From an uncultured Ruminococcus sp. (lineage in GTDB: Bacteria > Bacillota > Clostridia > Oscillospirales > Acutalibacteraceae), in assembly GCA_964543305.1 (NCBI GenBank), contig CAZIXG010000001.1:1-30339 (forward strand): a stretch of DNA of 30,339 bases. Direction: 5' to 3'. Positions within the stretch are counted from its first letter, which is position 1. Every line of letters starts with the position of its first letter. The notes under the pieces are model-generated. The model was not told the origin of the DNA. It did not search any database and saw only the letters and a program-made list of their open reading frames with translations. Of the stretch, positions 14,520-23,345 are shown one piece after another. The position numbers and the translations under genes were made by a program.

Positions 14520-15854
14520 ATATTTCAGAAATTCAAAACCTTTTGGGTGACCTTTTGGAACAGTATGAAGCGAGCCTATAACAAGGCTTTTAAAAATCCA
14601 ATAGAAACTGCCGTGCAAGAATGGCGGGATATCAAAACGATAAACTTTCTTGATATTTTTATAAACAAACTCAATAACCTCTGCAATATCGAAGCAACAT
14701 TTGAGGTTGAAAGCGACAGTGCACAGGCCGAACGGCTTAAAACGCTTGCTAAAGACCTCGAAAGCAAAAGATTTGATATTACAGCGGGTATGCTTGCTGA
14801 TGGCGATTATTATGTGTTCCCCGCTACAAATGAAAGAGGCGAGATAGTCCACACCTATCTCACACAGCAGCAGGTGCGCATTATAAAGACGGATGGCGAG
14901 ATTATAAAAGAAGCCTACGGCATAATCGATTGGTACATAGATAAGAACAATAGGGTTTTCTACCTTCTTAGGCATCACGCTTTAAACGAAAACGGCGAGC
15001 TTGAAATATCATACCGCGCAATTGATGAGCGCGGAGCTTCGGCAAAGGTTGAGCAGTGGGAATATCTGAAAGACCAAGAATATAAATTCACTAATGCGAA
15101 TCATATTGGATTTGGTCGCTATAAATCCCCCGCGTCCTCTCGGGGAATGTCACCCGTTTACGGTGTACCACTTAACTTTGGTTGCAACGATATTGAACAA
15201 AAAATATTTAATGACCTTAAGCTTATCGAAAGCGAATTTAAGAATGGCAAGTCAGTTATATTCACCGATGTTCGCAACCTTGTAAGAAAAGACGAAATTA
15301 AGGAATATGAAATCGCAGAAAATGTCATTCCCATAGAACAACGCGCAGGCACATCCAAAGCAAATATCGATATATTTAATCCTACTCTGCGTTATAGCGA
15401 GCATTACAGCAAATTAGTTGCCGATATGGCGCTTTACGAAAAGCTGATAGGCACTTCAAAGGGCATACTTACCGACAATGAAACCAGCGAAACAGCCACA
15501 GCCACAGCAGTAAAGAGAGCAAATGCTGATACCTTGGCGCTACTTGATAAAATCAGAGCTGCGATTGACGGTGGAAATGAAATGACACTTGCTGCTGACG
15601 CAGTGTATTTGAACATTGCCCCCGACCTTTGGAGCTACAAGTCGGATTGGTACGACCCGTTTGAGGACCCCGCAGAACAATGGAAAAGGCTTGTAGACGC
15701 CAAAAACCAAGGCGCAGCAGAAACAGCCGACCTTGCCAAATGGCTCTTCCCTTCCCTTACTTCTGATGAGGTTGACGAAAAACTTGCAAGAATTGCGGAA
15801 AGTTCGCAAAGCGATATAAACAATGCTGTGGAGCGAATGATAGGCGGTGCTTAA
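14520..15854 (+). CDS. Portal protein (A118/SPP1-like); probable ATA start
   Basis: About 440 aa between terL and the minor capsid gene; TATAVK motif. SD AGGAG (14506-14510) fits ATA 14520, not GTG 14547. Confidence 0.8.
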   Translation: MFQKFKTFWVTFWNSMKRAYNKAFKNPIETAVQEWRDIKTINFLDIFINKLNNLCNIEATFEVESDSAQAERLKTLAKDLESKRFDITAGMLADGDYYVFPATNERGEIVHTYLTQQQVRIIKTDGEIIKEAYGIIDWYIDKNNRVFYLLRHHALNENGELEISYRAIDERGASAKVEQWEYLKDQEYKFTNANHIGFGRYKSPASSRGMSPVYGVPLNFGCNDIEQKIFNDLKLIESEFKNGKSVIFTDVRNLVRKDEIKEYEIAENVIPIEQRAGTSKANIDIFNPTLRYSEHYSKLVADMALYEKLIGTSKGILTDNETSETATATAVKRANADTLALLDKIRAAIDGGNEMTLAADAVYLNIAPDLWSYKSDWYDPFEDPAEQWKRLVDAKNQGAAETADLAKWLFPSLTSDEVDEKLARIAESSQSDINNAVERMIGGA

Positions 15855-15857
15855 TGT

Positions 15858-17927
15858 ATGCCAACGCCTTCGGAATTATTAGAGCAGCAAGCCGAGTTAC
15901 TGTTTAACAATGTTGCCGGTTGGGAATCCCGAACACTTGAACGCATAGCAAAAAGAATTAAAAAAACAGGCAAAATGAACCTTGCCGATATTAAATCTTT
16001 AAATAATATGGCGGTTACATGTCAAGAAATGGACGATATTATTAAGGATTTAGCGCAGGTCACAGGGCAAAACATTGCTGAAGTTCAAAAAATATACAGC
16101 GATTCTATTGATTTGCAGCACAAAAACAATAAATATCTTTACGATTACCGCGATAAACCCTTTGTGCCGCTTTCTGATAACAAACAACTGCAAGCATTGG
16201 TTAAAGCTTATAGCCGCACCACCGCCGAAACAATGATAAATTTAAGCAAAACAAAAGCGCTTGGATTTGTTGATAGCACAGGCAAATTTACCAACATGCA
16301 AGATAGTATTTACGATGCACTTGGTAAAGCAACAATGCAAGTTGCTACGGGTTCAAGTGATTTTCATACTGCTATGCGTGGCGTTATAGAACAATTAGGC
16401 GGAAGCGGTGTTCGTGTACATTACGGTAGCGGCGTAAATAGAAGGCTTGATACCGTTGTTCGCCAAAACTTATTGTGGGGTGGCAAACAAGCAAGCATTG
16501 AATACAATGATATTATTGGTGATGAACTTGGATGTGACGGTATAGAGGTCGATTATCATAGCAACCCCCGCCCTTCACACCGCTTTATGCAAGGTGAAAT
16601 GTTTTCTTTGCACGGTAAAAAGACTATAAACGGCATTACATACGAAGATGCGACCGAAGCGCTTGAAAGACTTGACGATTATGGTTGTTTGCATTTCAAA
16701 ACGCCTGTAATACTTGGAGTATCAGAACCGCGATATACTCAATCACAGCTTAATGAAATGCGTGAAAAAGACCTTAAAATGCTTAAAGTCGGTGATGATG
16801 AAAAAACCGGATATGAATGGACCCAAGCAATGCGCCGCCTTGAAACCGAGGCACGCAAAGAAAAAGACATCATTAACGGTTTAAAGGCTGCAGGCGACGA
16901 AGAGGGTGCTCGGCAACACCGTAAAAAGTTACGTGCTATCAACCAAAAATACGACGATATATGCACAAAAACTGGTCTTACGCCACAAAAAGAACGCATG
17001 CGTGTGTATGGTGGTACAAATACTACTAAAAATACCGCAAAAACACTTGAAAATATGGATGATAGTGGTATAATTAATTTAGAAGATACCATCCCTAATA
17101 ATTTGCAATCTACCGCAGATTATTTTTCTACTTGGGACCAAAGCAAGCTAAAAGACTTTGCACAAAATCTTCTTGATAATTTTGGCATAAAACAAACTGT
17201 GCAAATGAAAAGAATGGCAGGAGCTAACGGTTCTTGTGGTTGGATTGTTGATGGGCATAATAAGATAAATATGGTTTCTTATAAGCTCAATAGCGCAGAC
17301 AGGCGCTCTATGCCACATCGTGTAAAAACGGCTTTGCACGAATCGTATCATTATAAATCTGACGGTTTAGTTACTGATAGACCCGCACATAAAATGTTAA
17401 GCGGTTTTTCTCCTGAAGAATGGCGAAAATGGGAAGAAACATTTACTGAATGTTCTGCTCATTATATGGGAGAATGTATCGGCAACCCTGATGTTGCTCC
17501 CTCTTATGCTAATTATTTAGTCGAAACACTACCTAAACTTAAACATTGTGTGCCTGAATTTGCAAATTGTTCTACCATCAAAGATTTTGGTAAAATCGCG
17601 TACAAATTTCGCTTTGGCACATCAACCCAAGTTACTGCTAAGTGGGAAAATGTGCACTATCAAACACGAATGTTTAGGCGTAATGTTACTGACTATTCAA
17701 GGCAGTATATGGATTACATAAAGAGAAACAAGTCTCAACTGATTGATTTTGTTAACGGTCAATTAGCAACTTGGAACCGAAAAGACATTGAAGGTCTCAT
17801 AAATTCGGCTATAGATAAAATTGATAATTCACAAGTTGGAGATGTAATTAATTTTGACAGTAGAAACGAAAAGGTTGTTTTTGAGCATATCCTTATAAAT
17901 GCTATGAATGCAATAGGAGTGAAATAA
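15858..17927 (+). CDS. Minor capsid (MuF/Phage_min_cap2-like) protein with a C-terminal HExxH metallopeptidase domain
   Basis: N-terminal ~385 aa with RRLDTVVRQN, HSNPRPSH, YGCLHF, QAMRRLE motifs; linker ENMDDSGII; HESYH at aa 494-498 and EETFTE at aa 526-531. Confidence 0.85.
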   Translation: MPTPSELLEQQAELLFNNVAGWESRTLERIAKRIKKTGKMNLADIKSLNNMAVTCQEMDDIIKDLAQVTGQNIAEVQKIYSDSIDLQHKNNKYLYDYRDKPFVPLSDNKQLQALVKAYSRTTAETMINLSKTKALGFVDSTGKFTNMQDSIYDALGKATMQVATGSSDFHTAMRGVIEQLGGSGVRVHYGSGVNRRLDTVVRQNLLWGGKQASIEYNDIIGDELGCDGIEVDYHSNPRPSHRFMQGEMFSLHGKKTINGITYEDATEALERLDDYGCLHFKTPVILGVSEPRYTQSQLNEMREKDLKMLKVGDDEKTGYEWTQAMRRLETEARKEKDIINGLKAAGDEEGARQHRKKLRAINQKYDDICTKTGLTPQKERMRVYGGTNTTKNTAKTLENMDDSGIINLEDTIPNNLQSTADYFSTWDQSKLKDFAQNLLDNFGIKQTVQMKRMAGANGSCGWIVDGHNKINMVSYKLNSADRRSMPHRVKTALHESYHYKSDGLVTDRPAHKMLSGFSPEEWRKWEETFTECSAHYMGECIGNPDVAPSYANYLVETLPKLKHCVPEFANCSTIKDFGKIAYKFRFGTSTQVTAKWENVHYQTRMFRRNVTDYSRQYMDYIKRNKSQLIDFVNGQLATWNRKDIEGLINSAIDKIDNSQVGDVINFDSRNEKVVFEHILINAMNAIGVK

Positions 17928-18146
17928 ATGTTAAATGAAATATATATCCCCGACACCCTATTTAATAATATTCAAAATTCTTTTTTAGTTGGAGAACTAT
18001 TAGAAAAATACTACAGCACCGATATGATAATTTTACCCGAGAGCGAAACTATTGAAGAAAACTTTTTAAAAGAATTGAAAAAAATTCCAGAGCCTAGGGT
18101 GCACAAGTTTTTTTACGAGTTGTTGAAAGGAGAAAATAACGATTAA
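17928..18146 (+). CDS. Small acidic protein, candidate immunity protein
   Basis: 72 aa; ATG directly follows the MuF stop; SD AGGAGTG. Confidence 0.65.
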   Translation: MLNEIYIPDTLFNNIQNSFLVGELLEKYYSTDMIILPESETIEENFLKELKKIPEPRVHKFFYELLKGENND

Positions 18147-18315
18147 AAAAATACGCTGTAAAGAATGCGGTGCAATACTTGCATTTGAAACCTCACCTAT
18201 AACAGGCGGAGAAATATCAATAATGTGCAACCATCGAAAGCCAAACGGCGAAAGGTGCAAAACAAAAAATTTAATAAGTTTCACACCAAGAATTGAAACA
18301 ATCGGTCATAAGTGA
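18142..18315 (+). CDS. Com-like Zn-ribbon regulator (non-AUG start)
   Basis: Manual translation IKKIRCKECGAILA...ISIMC...RCKTKN; SD AAAGGAG; no canonical start after the in-frame TGA at 18124. Confidence 0.7.
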   Translation: MKKIRCKECGAILAFETSPITGGEISIMCNHRKPNGERCKTKNLISFTPRIETIGHK

Positions 18316-18344
18316 TATATCACACCGAACCGAAATTATCAAAC

Positions 18345-18394
18345 AAGAGTGTCAATAAGTAGATTTAACAGTCTGCTTGTTGGCGCTCTTTTTT
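18345..18394 (+). terminator. Intrinsic terminator / long RNA hairpin
   Basis: 19-bp stem AAGAGTGTCAATAAGTAGA / TCTGCTTGTTGGCGCTCTT with four G.U pairs, followed by a T tract. Confidence 0.8.
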
Positions 18395-18484
18395 ATTTAG
18401 TCAGATGATAAGACTTAAAACGGTCAAGCGAAGTGCATAGATACTCACTTAAAAAGGACTTAAACGCAGAAAGGAAGTAATTAA

Positions 18485-19060
18485 ATGGCAATTACAGTTA
18501 AGTATCTTGAAGGATTAGGCATTGAAAAGGAAATAGCCGAAAAGATTTTTGCCGAAAGAAGCAAAGAAATCGAAAGTGATAAAGCTAAGGTTACTGAGCT
18601 TGAAAACAAGCTTAGCGAAAAAGAAAGCTCGCTTAATTCTCTCACTGAGGAAATCGAAAAGCTAAAGAATGACAATGCCAGTGCAGAGGACTTTAAGACA
18701 AAATTCGAAGCTCTGCAAAGGGAAATCAAGGAAAAGGAAGATAAGGCGGAGGCAGACCGCAAGGCTAAAGAAAAAGCGGACGGTATAGAAAACCGTTTTA
18801 ATGCGGTTGTTGGTGATAAGAAATTCAATCACGATGCCATACGCGCCGATTATCTTAAAAAGTTCGGTGAAGCTCTTGAAAGCAAGGATTTTGAGGGCAA
18901 GTCCGATGCCGATATTCTTCACGCGCTCACTAAGGATGACGCAGCTGCATTTGAGGGTGTTACTACATTCACATTGGCAGGCGGCGCCGGCAAGGGCATT
19001 GGAACCGAAATTGACGATGCGCAAGCAAGGGCGGTAATGGGTTTACCCCCTATTAAGTAA
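18485..19060 (+). CDS. Capsid scaffolding protein (Phage_GP20-like)
   Basis: YLEGLGIEKEIAEKI N-terminus, long charged coiled coil, RAVMGLP C-terminus; precedes the major capsid gene. Confidence 0.85.
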   Translation: MAITVKYLEGLGIEKEIAEKIFAERSKEIESDKAKVTELENKLSEKESSLNSLTEEIEKLKNDNASAEDFKTKFEALQREIKEKEDKAEADRKAKEKADGIENRFNAVVGDKKFNHDAIRADYLKKFGEALESKDFEGKSDADILHALTKDDAAAFEGVTTFTLAGGAGKGIGTEIDDAQARAVMGLPPIK

Positions 19061-19077
19061 AAAGGAGTTAAAAATTA

Positions 19078-19947
19078 ATGGCAAATGCAATAGCACTATT
19101 CAAAAAGTACATCGCACTGCTTGACGAGGTATATAAGCAGGCTTCTAAGACTGCAACGCTTGACGGTGATACCTCACTTGTACAGGCAGGCGCAAACACA
19201 AACGAAATCATTGTTCCCAAGCTTTCTATGGACGGTCTTGCAGACTATTCAAGAAATGATGGCTATGTAAAGGGTAATGTAGAACTCACCATGGAAACAG
19301 TGAAATTCAATTATGACAGAGGCAGAAAGTTCTCTGTTGATGCAATGGATAACGAGGAAACCGCAGGGGTTGCTTTCGGCAAGCTTTCTTCTGAGTTCAT
19401 CCGCACAAAGGTTGTTCCCGAAATGGACGCTTTCCGTTTTGCAACCTATGCGGGAACAGAGGGTATCAGTTCTGCATCGGGTGACCTTGCTGACGGTAAT
19501 GCCGTGCTTGCGGCTCTTGTAGCAGCACAGAGCAAGATGGACGATGACGAGGTACCTGAGGAAAACAGAATACTCTACATAACACCCACCCATTACAATG
19601 CGGTAAATGCGGTAGATACCACCAAGTCTAAGGAGGTTTTAAACTCTTTTGCACAGGTAATTAAGGTGCCGCAGAGCCGCTTCTATACCGCCATTGACCT
19701 TATGGACGGTACAAGCGAAAACGAGTTGGCGGGCGGCTATGCAAAGTCTGCGGACGGTAAGGATATCAACTTTATGATTATCCATAAGCCTGCAACTTTG
19801 CAGTATCCCAAGCACACCGTAAATAAGGTAATTGAGCCCGACTTGAATCAGGACGGCGATGGTTGGCTTTTCTTCTACCGTGCTTATGGTCTTGCCGATG
19901 TTTATGAAAACAAGACCGCAGGTATTTATCTGCATCACAAGGCTTAA
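19078..19947 (+). CDS. Major capsid protein
   Basis: GLADYSR, YDRGRKFSVDAMDNEET, VVPEMDAFRFA; synteny. Confidence 0.9.
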   Translation: MANAIALFKKYIALLDEVYKQASKTATLDGDTSLVQAGANTNEIIVPKLSMDGLADYSRNDGYVKGNVELTMETVKFNYDRGRKFSVDAMDNEETAGVAFGKLSSEFIRTKVVPEMDAFRFATYAGTEGISSASGDLADGNAVLAALVAAQSKMDDDEVPEENRILYITPTHYNAVNAVDTTKSKEVLNSFAQVIKVPQSRFYTAIDLMDGTSENELAGGYAKSADGKDINFMIIHKPATLQYPKHTVNKVIEPDLNQDGDGWLFFYRAYGLADVYENKTAGIYLHHKA

Positions 19948-19961
19948 TCGAGGTGTGACTT

Positions 19962-20051
19962 ATGAGAACAGTAGGTTTAACTTTCAAAAAGAAAAAGGCT
20001 GAGGTCAAAGACCCTAAACATCCCAAATCACCAAAGGCTGAGGTCAAATAG
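19962..20051 (+). CDS. 29-aa basic peptide
   Basis: MRTVGLTFKKKKAEVKDPKHPKSPKAEVK*; SD GAGGTG; internal 16-bp direct repeat. Confidence 0.55.
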   Translation: MRTVGLTFKKKKAEVKDPKHPKSPKAEVK

Positions 20052-20077
20052 TCAAACTGACAGAAAGGCGGTTAAGG

Positions 20078-20455
20078 GTGCAGTATTTAACATTTGATGA
20101 ATACAAGGAATTGGGCGGTGCTCTTGATGAAGCCGCCTTCATCCGCAACATTAACCGTGTAAACGGCATTATAAGAAACGCAACACACTGTAGAATTGAG
20201 AAAATGCAATCTGTGCCGGATGAGGCAAAAGCTTTATGTAGGGATTTATTAGATTATTTTCATGCATATCCCACAACCGAAAAAGCAATATCGAGCAAAA
20301 GTCAATCTGCAGGCGGTGTTAGCGAAAGCGAAGGCTACACGGTTAAATCAAAGGAAGAACAGGCAGAGGATATTAATAATATGATTTGTGATTATCTTCT
20401 GTGCATAAAGGATGATAACGGCACACCCCTTCTTTATCGGGGGTGTACGGTATGA
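20078..20455 (+). CDS. Head-tail adaptor
   Basis: YLTFDEYKELGG...SQSAGGVSES...LLYRG; synteny. Confidence 0.8.
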   Translation: MQYLTFDEYKELGGALDEAAFIRNINRVNGIIRNATHCRIEKMQSVPDEAKALCRDLLDYFHAYPTTEKAISSKSQSAGGVSESEGYTVKSKEEQAEDINNMICDYLLCIKDDNGTPLLYRGCTV

Positions 20456-20883
20456 CCGATTTTTTCAATGATAAAGTCACAATATACATTTCAATTCCCG
20501 CAGTCAATGATAAACCGCGTTGTTTTCAGCGTCGTATTATTGAAAAATGCTTGATACAGCGCGGTTTTGTCAACAAGATGGATGGAAGCATACAAAACAT
20601 TGCGAACGCTTTAACGGTAATTACAAAGGATATTGAAAGGTATATGATACCGGGTGTTTTTTATAGCACTATAGATAAAACGGACGAAGTATTGCAAGAA
20701 GAGGTATATACCGCCTATATTGGCGACTTCATTGTGTTGGGTGAAGTGTATGATGTTGTTGAAAGTGCTCAGGAATTTGCAAATTTACAACAAAAATATA
20801 AAAATAACGGTTTCAAAGTTACTACAATAAATCCTTTTATTAATGGTTTATCGGTTGACAACATTACCATTTCAAACATTTAA
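20452..20883 (+). CDS. Head-closure / neck protein
   Basis: ATGA-coupled; KVTIY and GDFIVLGE motifs; synteny. Confidence 0.65.
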   Translation: MTDFFNDKVTIYISIPAVNDKPRCFQRRIIEKCLIQRGFVNKMDGSIQNIANALTVITKDIERYMIPGVFYSTIDKTDEVLQEEVYTAYIGDFIVLGEVYDVVESAQEFANLQQKYKNNGFKVTTINPFINGLSVDNITISNI

Positions 20884-20895
20884 GGGGTACGGGAT

Positions 20896-21402
20896 ATGAG
20901 TAAATATAGCGAAATTTTCGAATATATGCGTAAATGCCCGGAACTTGAAAACCTTTGGAGCATTGCAGCCACCGAAGACGTTGGTGTTAATGTTATCTTG
21001 CCGCAAGGCGCAAGCGATGCCGTTGAATACAATGAAACTCTTGATGTGTACGGAAATTATGAGTGCGATATAGTGCCCTATCCTTCCGTGTATGAAGATT
21101 ATCAAATCAACTGTTACAAGATATATGATGTGAACGATAACAGCACACCGGCTCAAAATATAAACGTTATGAGCATTGACGAAGTGCAATCGGTATGTGA
21201 TTGGGTTATGCAACAAAACGAAAAAGGCAATTTGCCCAAAATTAAAGGTCGAAAAGTCGTTGCGATTGAATGCAATCCAATGATACCGCAAGTACGCGCG
21301 GTAAACCGTGAGGAAAATATCATAGCGTATTTTGTTACGATTCGCATAAGATACGTGAACCCAATAAAAAGGAAAAATGTAGAATTCAATGCTGACGATT
21401 AA
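20896..21402 (+). CDS. Probable tail terminator / neck protein
   Basis: EYMRKCP, DWVMQQNEKGNLP, Y...IRIRY pattern; synteny. Confidence 0.55.
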   Translation: MSKYSEIFEYMRKCPELENLWSIAATEDVGVNVILPQGASDAVEYNETLDVYGNYECDIVPYPSVYEDYQINCYKIYDVNDNSTPAQNINVMSIDEVQSVCDWVMQQNEKGNLPKIKGRKVVAIECNPMIPQVRAVNREENIIAYFVTIRIRYVNPIKRKNVEFNADD

Positions 21403-21733
21403 ACTTGATGAAGGTAAAATTTTACGGAAAGTCACAAACGATAAATTTGGACTATTTATTTCTCAAAGTTGGAAGCGTTTGATTGACCCTTATACACCAC
21501 AAAAAACGGGGTTGCTCATAGGTCGAACAGGCTCAACCGTACAATTTAAACCGTTTGAAATCCAATACAACACTATTTATTCAGAACATGTATATTTCTC
21601 TAATGGCCGAAATTTCTTTAAGGAATTAAGTCCGTTTGCTACTGACCATTGGGATATAAAAGCAGCAAATGCAGGTCAATTAAATAAATTATACAGGACA
21701 GCAAATAACGCATTACAATCAGGAAGATATTAA
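21389..21733 (+). CDS. Neck protein (Minor_capsid_2 / HK97 gp10-like)
   Basis: DPYTPQKTGLL, YNTIYSEHVY, ATDHW motifs. Confidence 0.65.
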   Translation: MLTIKLDEGKILRKVTNDKFGLFISQSWKRLIDPYTPQKTGLLIGRTGSTVQFKPFEIQYNTIYSEHVYFSNGRNFFKELSPFATDHWDIKAANAGQLNKLYRTANNALQSGRY

Positions 21734-21745
21734 AGGAGTGAAAAT

Positions 21746-22285
21746 ATGAGTTTTAACGATAAGGTAAATCCAAAGGCACCCACCAAATTTTTTAAGATTT
21801 ATGCCGATGTTGGCGGCAAAGAAACTCCCGAATGGGAACTTCAGGGACGCGGTGTAGAAAGTTGGAGTGTCGAAGAAAACCAAGACGTTGAAAAGAAAAA
21901 CGACGTACTCGGCTATGTTGACATGGAACGTGGCACAGCACAGCCCACACAAAGTGGTGTCGCTGTTAAACTTAGAAAAGACAGTAAGTTTGGTGAAATG
22001 CTTTTTGATGCCTGGTTTACAGGCGATAAATCAAAGCTTGATGCAGTTAAAATTCTGCAGAAGTTTGAATTTGTTGACGGCACAGATGAGGAAACTTGCA
22101 AAGCAAGACTTGAAGAGGATGTTATGATTGCGATTAACAACTTTACGGGCGAAGCAGGTGGTTATCTTGGCTTTGAAATAGATATTCACTATGCAAACAA
22201 GCGCACACTGGGCAGTATGCCAAAGGTTGACGGTACAACAATAACCTTTACACCCGATACCACTACAACGTCAACAACTGACTAA
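21746..22285 (+). CDS. Major tail (tube) protein
   Basis: 179 aa, acidic and beta-rich; synteny; followed by a terminator. Confidence 0.75.
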   Translation: MSFNDKVNPKAPTKFFKIYADVGGKETPEWELQGRGVESWSVEENQDVEKKNDVLGYVDMERGTAQPTQSGVAVKLRKDSKFGEMLFDAWFTGDKSKLDAVKILQKFEFVDGTDEETCKARLEEDVMIAINNFTGEAGGYLGFEIDIHYANKRTLGSMPKVDGTTITFTPDTTTTSTTD

Positions 22286-22294
22286 TATATTTTT

Positions 22295-22330
22295 ATACCG
22301 TCTTACCCTATTTGGTAGGGCGGTATTTTT
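22295..22330 (+). terminator. Intrinsic terminator after the major tail gene
   Basis: ATACCGTCTTACC-ctattt-GGTAGGGCGGTAT followed by TTTT. Confidence 0.8.
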
Positions 22331-22348
22331 AAAAAAGGAGTATAAATT

Positions 22349-22780
22349 ATGAAACTTGGTACAGGTAAAATCGCATTCCCAATTGAATTTGATAACGGCG
22401 ATAAACAAAACATTTACTTTAATCCTAACGACCCCGACCTTTCTATTCGCATGCGTGATTTTGAAAAAAAGGTAAATGCACGAATTGCTGAAATTGACGA
22501 TGTTAAGTTAAAGGCCGATGGGACACCTGAAGATTTAAAACTTATAGAACAATTCCGTCAAATTCGCGATGTCGTTTGTGAAGAGTTAGATGTTGCTTTT
22601 GGCAGCGAAATATCGGCAACAGTATTTAAGCATTGTTCGCCCTTTGCTATTGTGGATGGAAATTATTTCATTTTACTTTTCCTTGAAGCGATTAAACCCG
22701 AAATAGAGAAAGTTCTTAAGAAAGCAAAGGCCACAGCCGAAACAAAACTCAGTAAGCATATCGCCAAATACCAAAAATAA
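22349..22780 (+). CDS. Tail assembly chaperone
   Basis: IYFNPND...LDVAFGSEISATVF; synteny. Confidence 0.7.
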   Translation: MKLGTGKIAFPIEFDNGDKQNIYFNPNDPDLSIRMRDFEKKVNARIAEIDDVKLKADGTPEDLKLIEQFRQIRDVVCEELDVAFGSEISATVFKHCSPFAIVDGNYFILLFLEAIKPEIEKVLKKAKATAETKLSKHIAKYQK

Positions 22781-23328
22781 TGCACTATAACTTACCAATC
22801 GACATTGAAATTGAGGGTGTAAAGCATCCTATACGTAATAAGGGTGACTATAGAATGACCCTTGATGTTATTGCAGCGCTTAATGATAGCGAACTTACAC
22901 AAGACGAAAGATTGCAAGCCGCGTTATTTATTTTTTATGAAGATATATACCAAATCTCTGATATGGAGACCGCGGCCGTAGAAATGATGCGTTTTATAAA
23001 TAACGGCGAAGACGATGAAGACGAAAATCCTCAGCCACCGATTATGGATTGGCAACAGGATTTCAAGTTGATTGTTGCGCCTATAAACCGCGCGCTTGGG
23101 TGCGAAATTCGTTCGGTTCCACATTTGCATTGGTGGACCTTTTTAAGTGGATATATGGAAATTGGCGAAGGCACTTTTCAAACGGTAATTTCAATACGTT
23201 CTAAAAAGCGCAAAGGACAAAAATTAGAAAAATGGGAAAACGATTTTTATCGTGATAATAAAAAATTGGTAGATTTACCCTTAAAACTTACCGATGAGGA
23301 GCAAGAATACCTTAATTCCGATTGGTAA
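22780..23328 (+). CDS. Gp15-family tail assembly chaperone
   Basis: DWQQD, HLHWWTF, VISIR motifs typical of A118 Gp15-like proteins. Confidence 0.75.
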   Translation: MHYNLPIDIEIEGVKHPIRNKGDYRMTLDVIAALNDSELTQDERLQAALFIFYEDIYQISDMETAAVEMMRFINNGEDDEDENPQPPIMDWQQDFKLIVAPINRALGCEIRSVPHLHWWTFLSGYMEIGEGTFQTVISIRSKKRKGQKLEKWENDFYRDNKKLVDLPLKLTDEEQEYLNSDW

Positions 23329-23345
23329 AGAAAGGAGTTGATTTT

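Noticed and set aside
18278..18299. Solitary CRISPR-repeat-like GTTTCA...ATTGAAAC
   Set aside because: Single short copy inside the Com-like coding sequence with no promoter of its own; chance is plausible.
22760..22790. Programmed -1 frameshift between the tail chaperones
   Set aside because: No XXXYYYZ slippery heptamer at the junction; the second gene has its own coupled ATG (TAATG).
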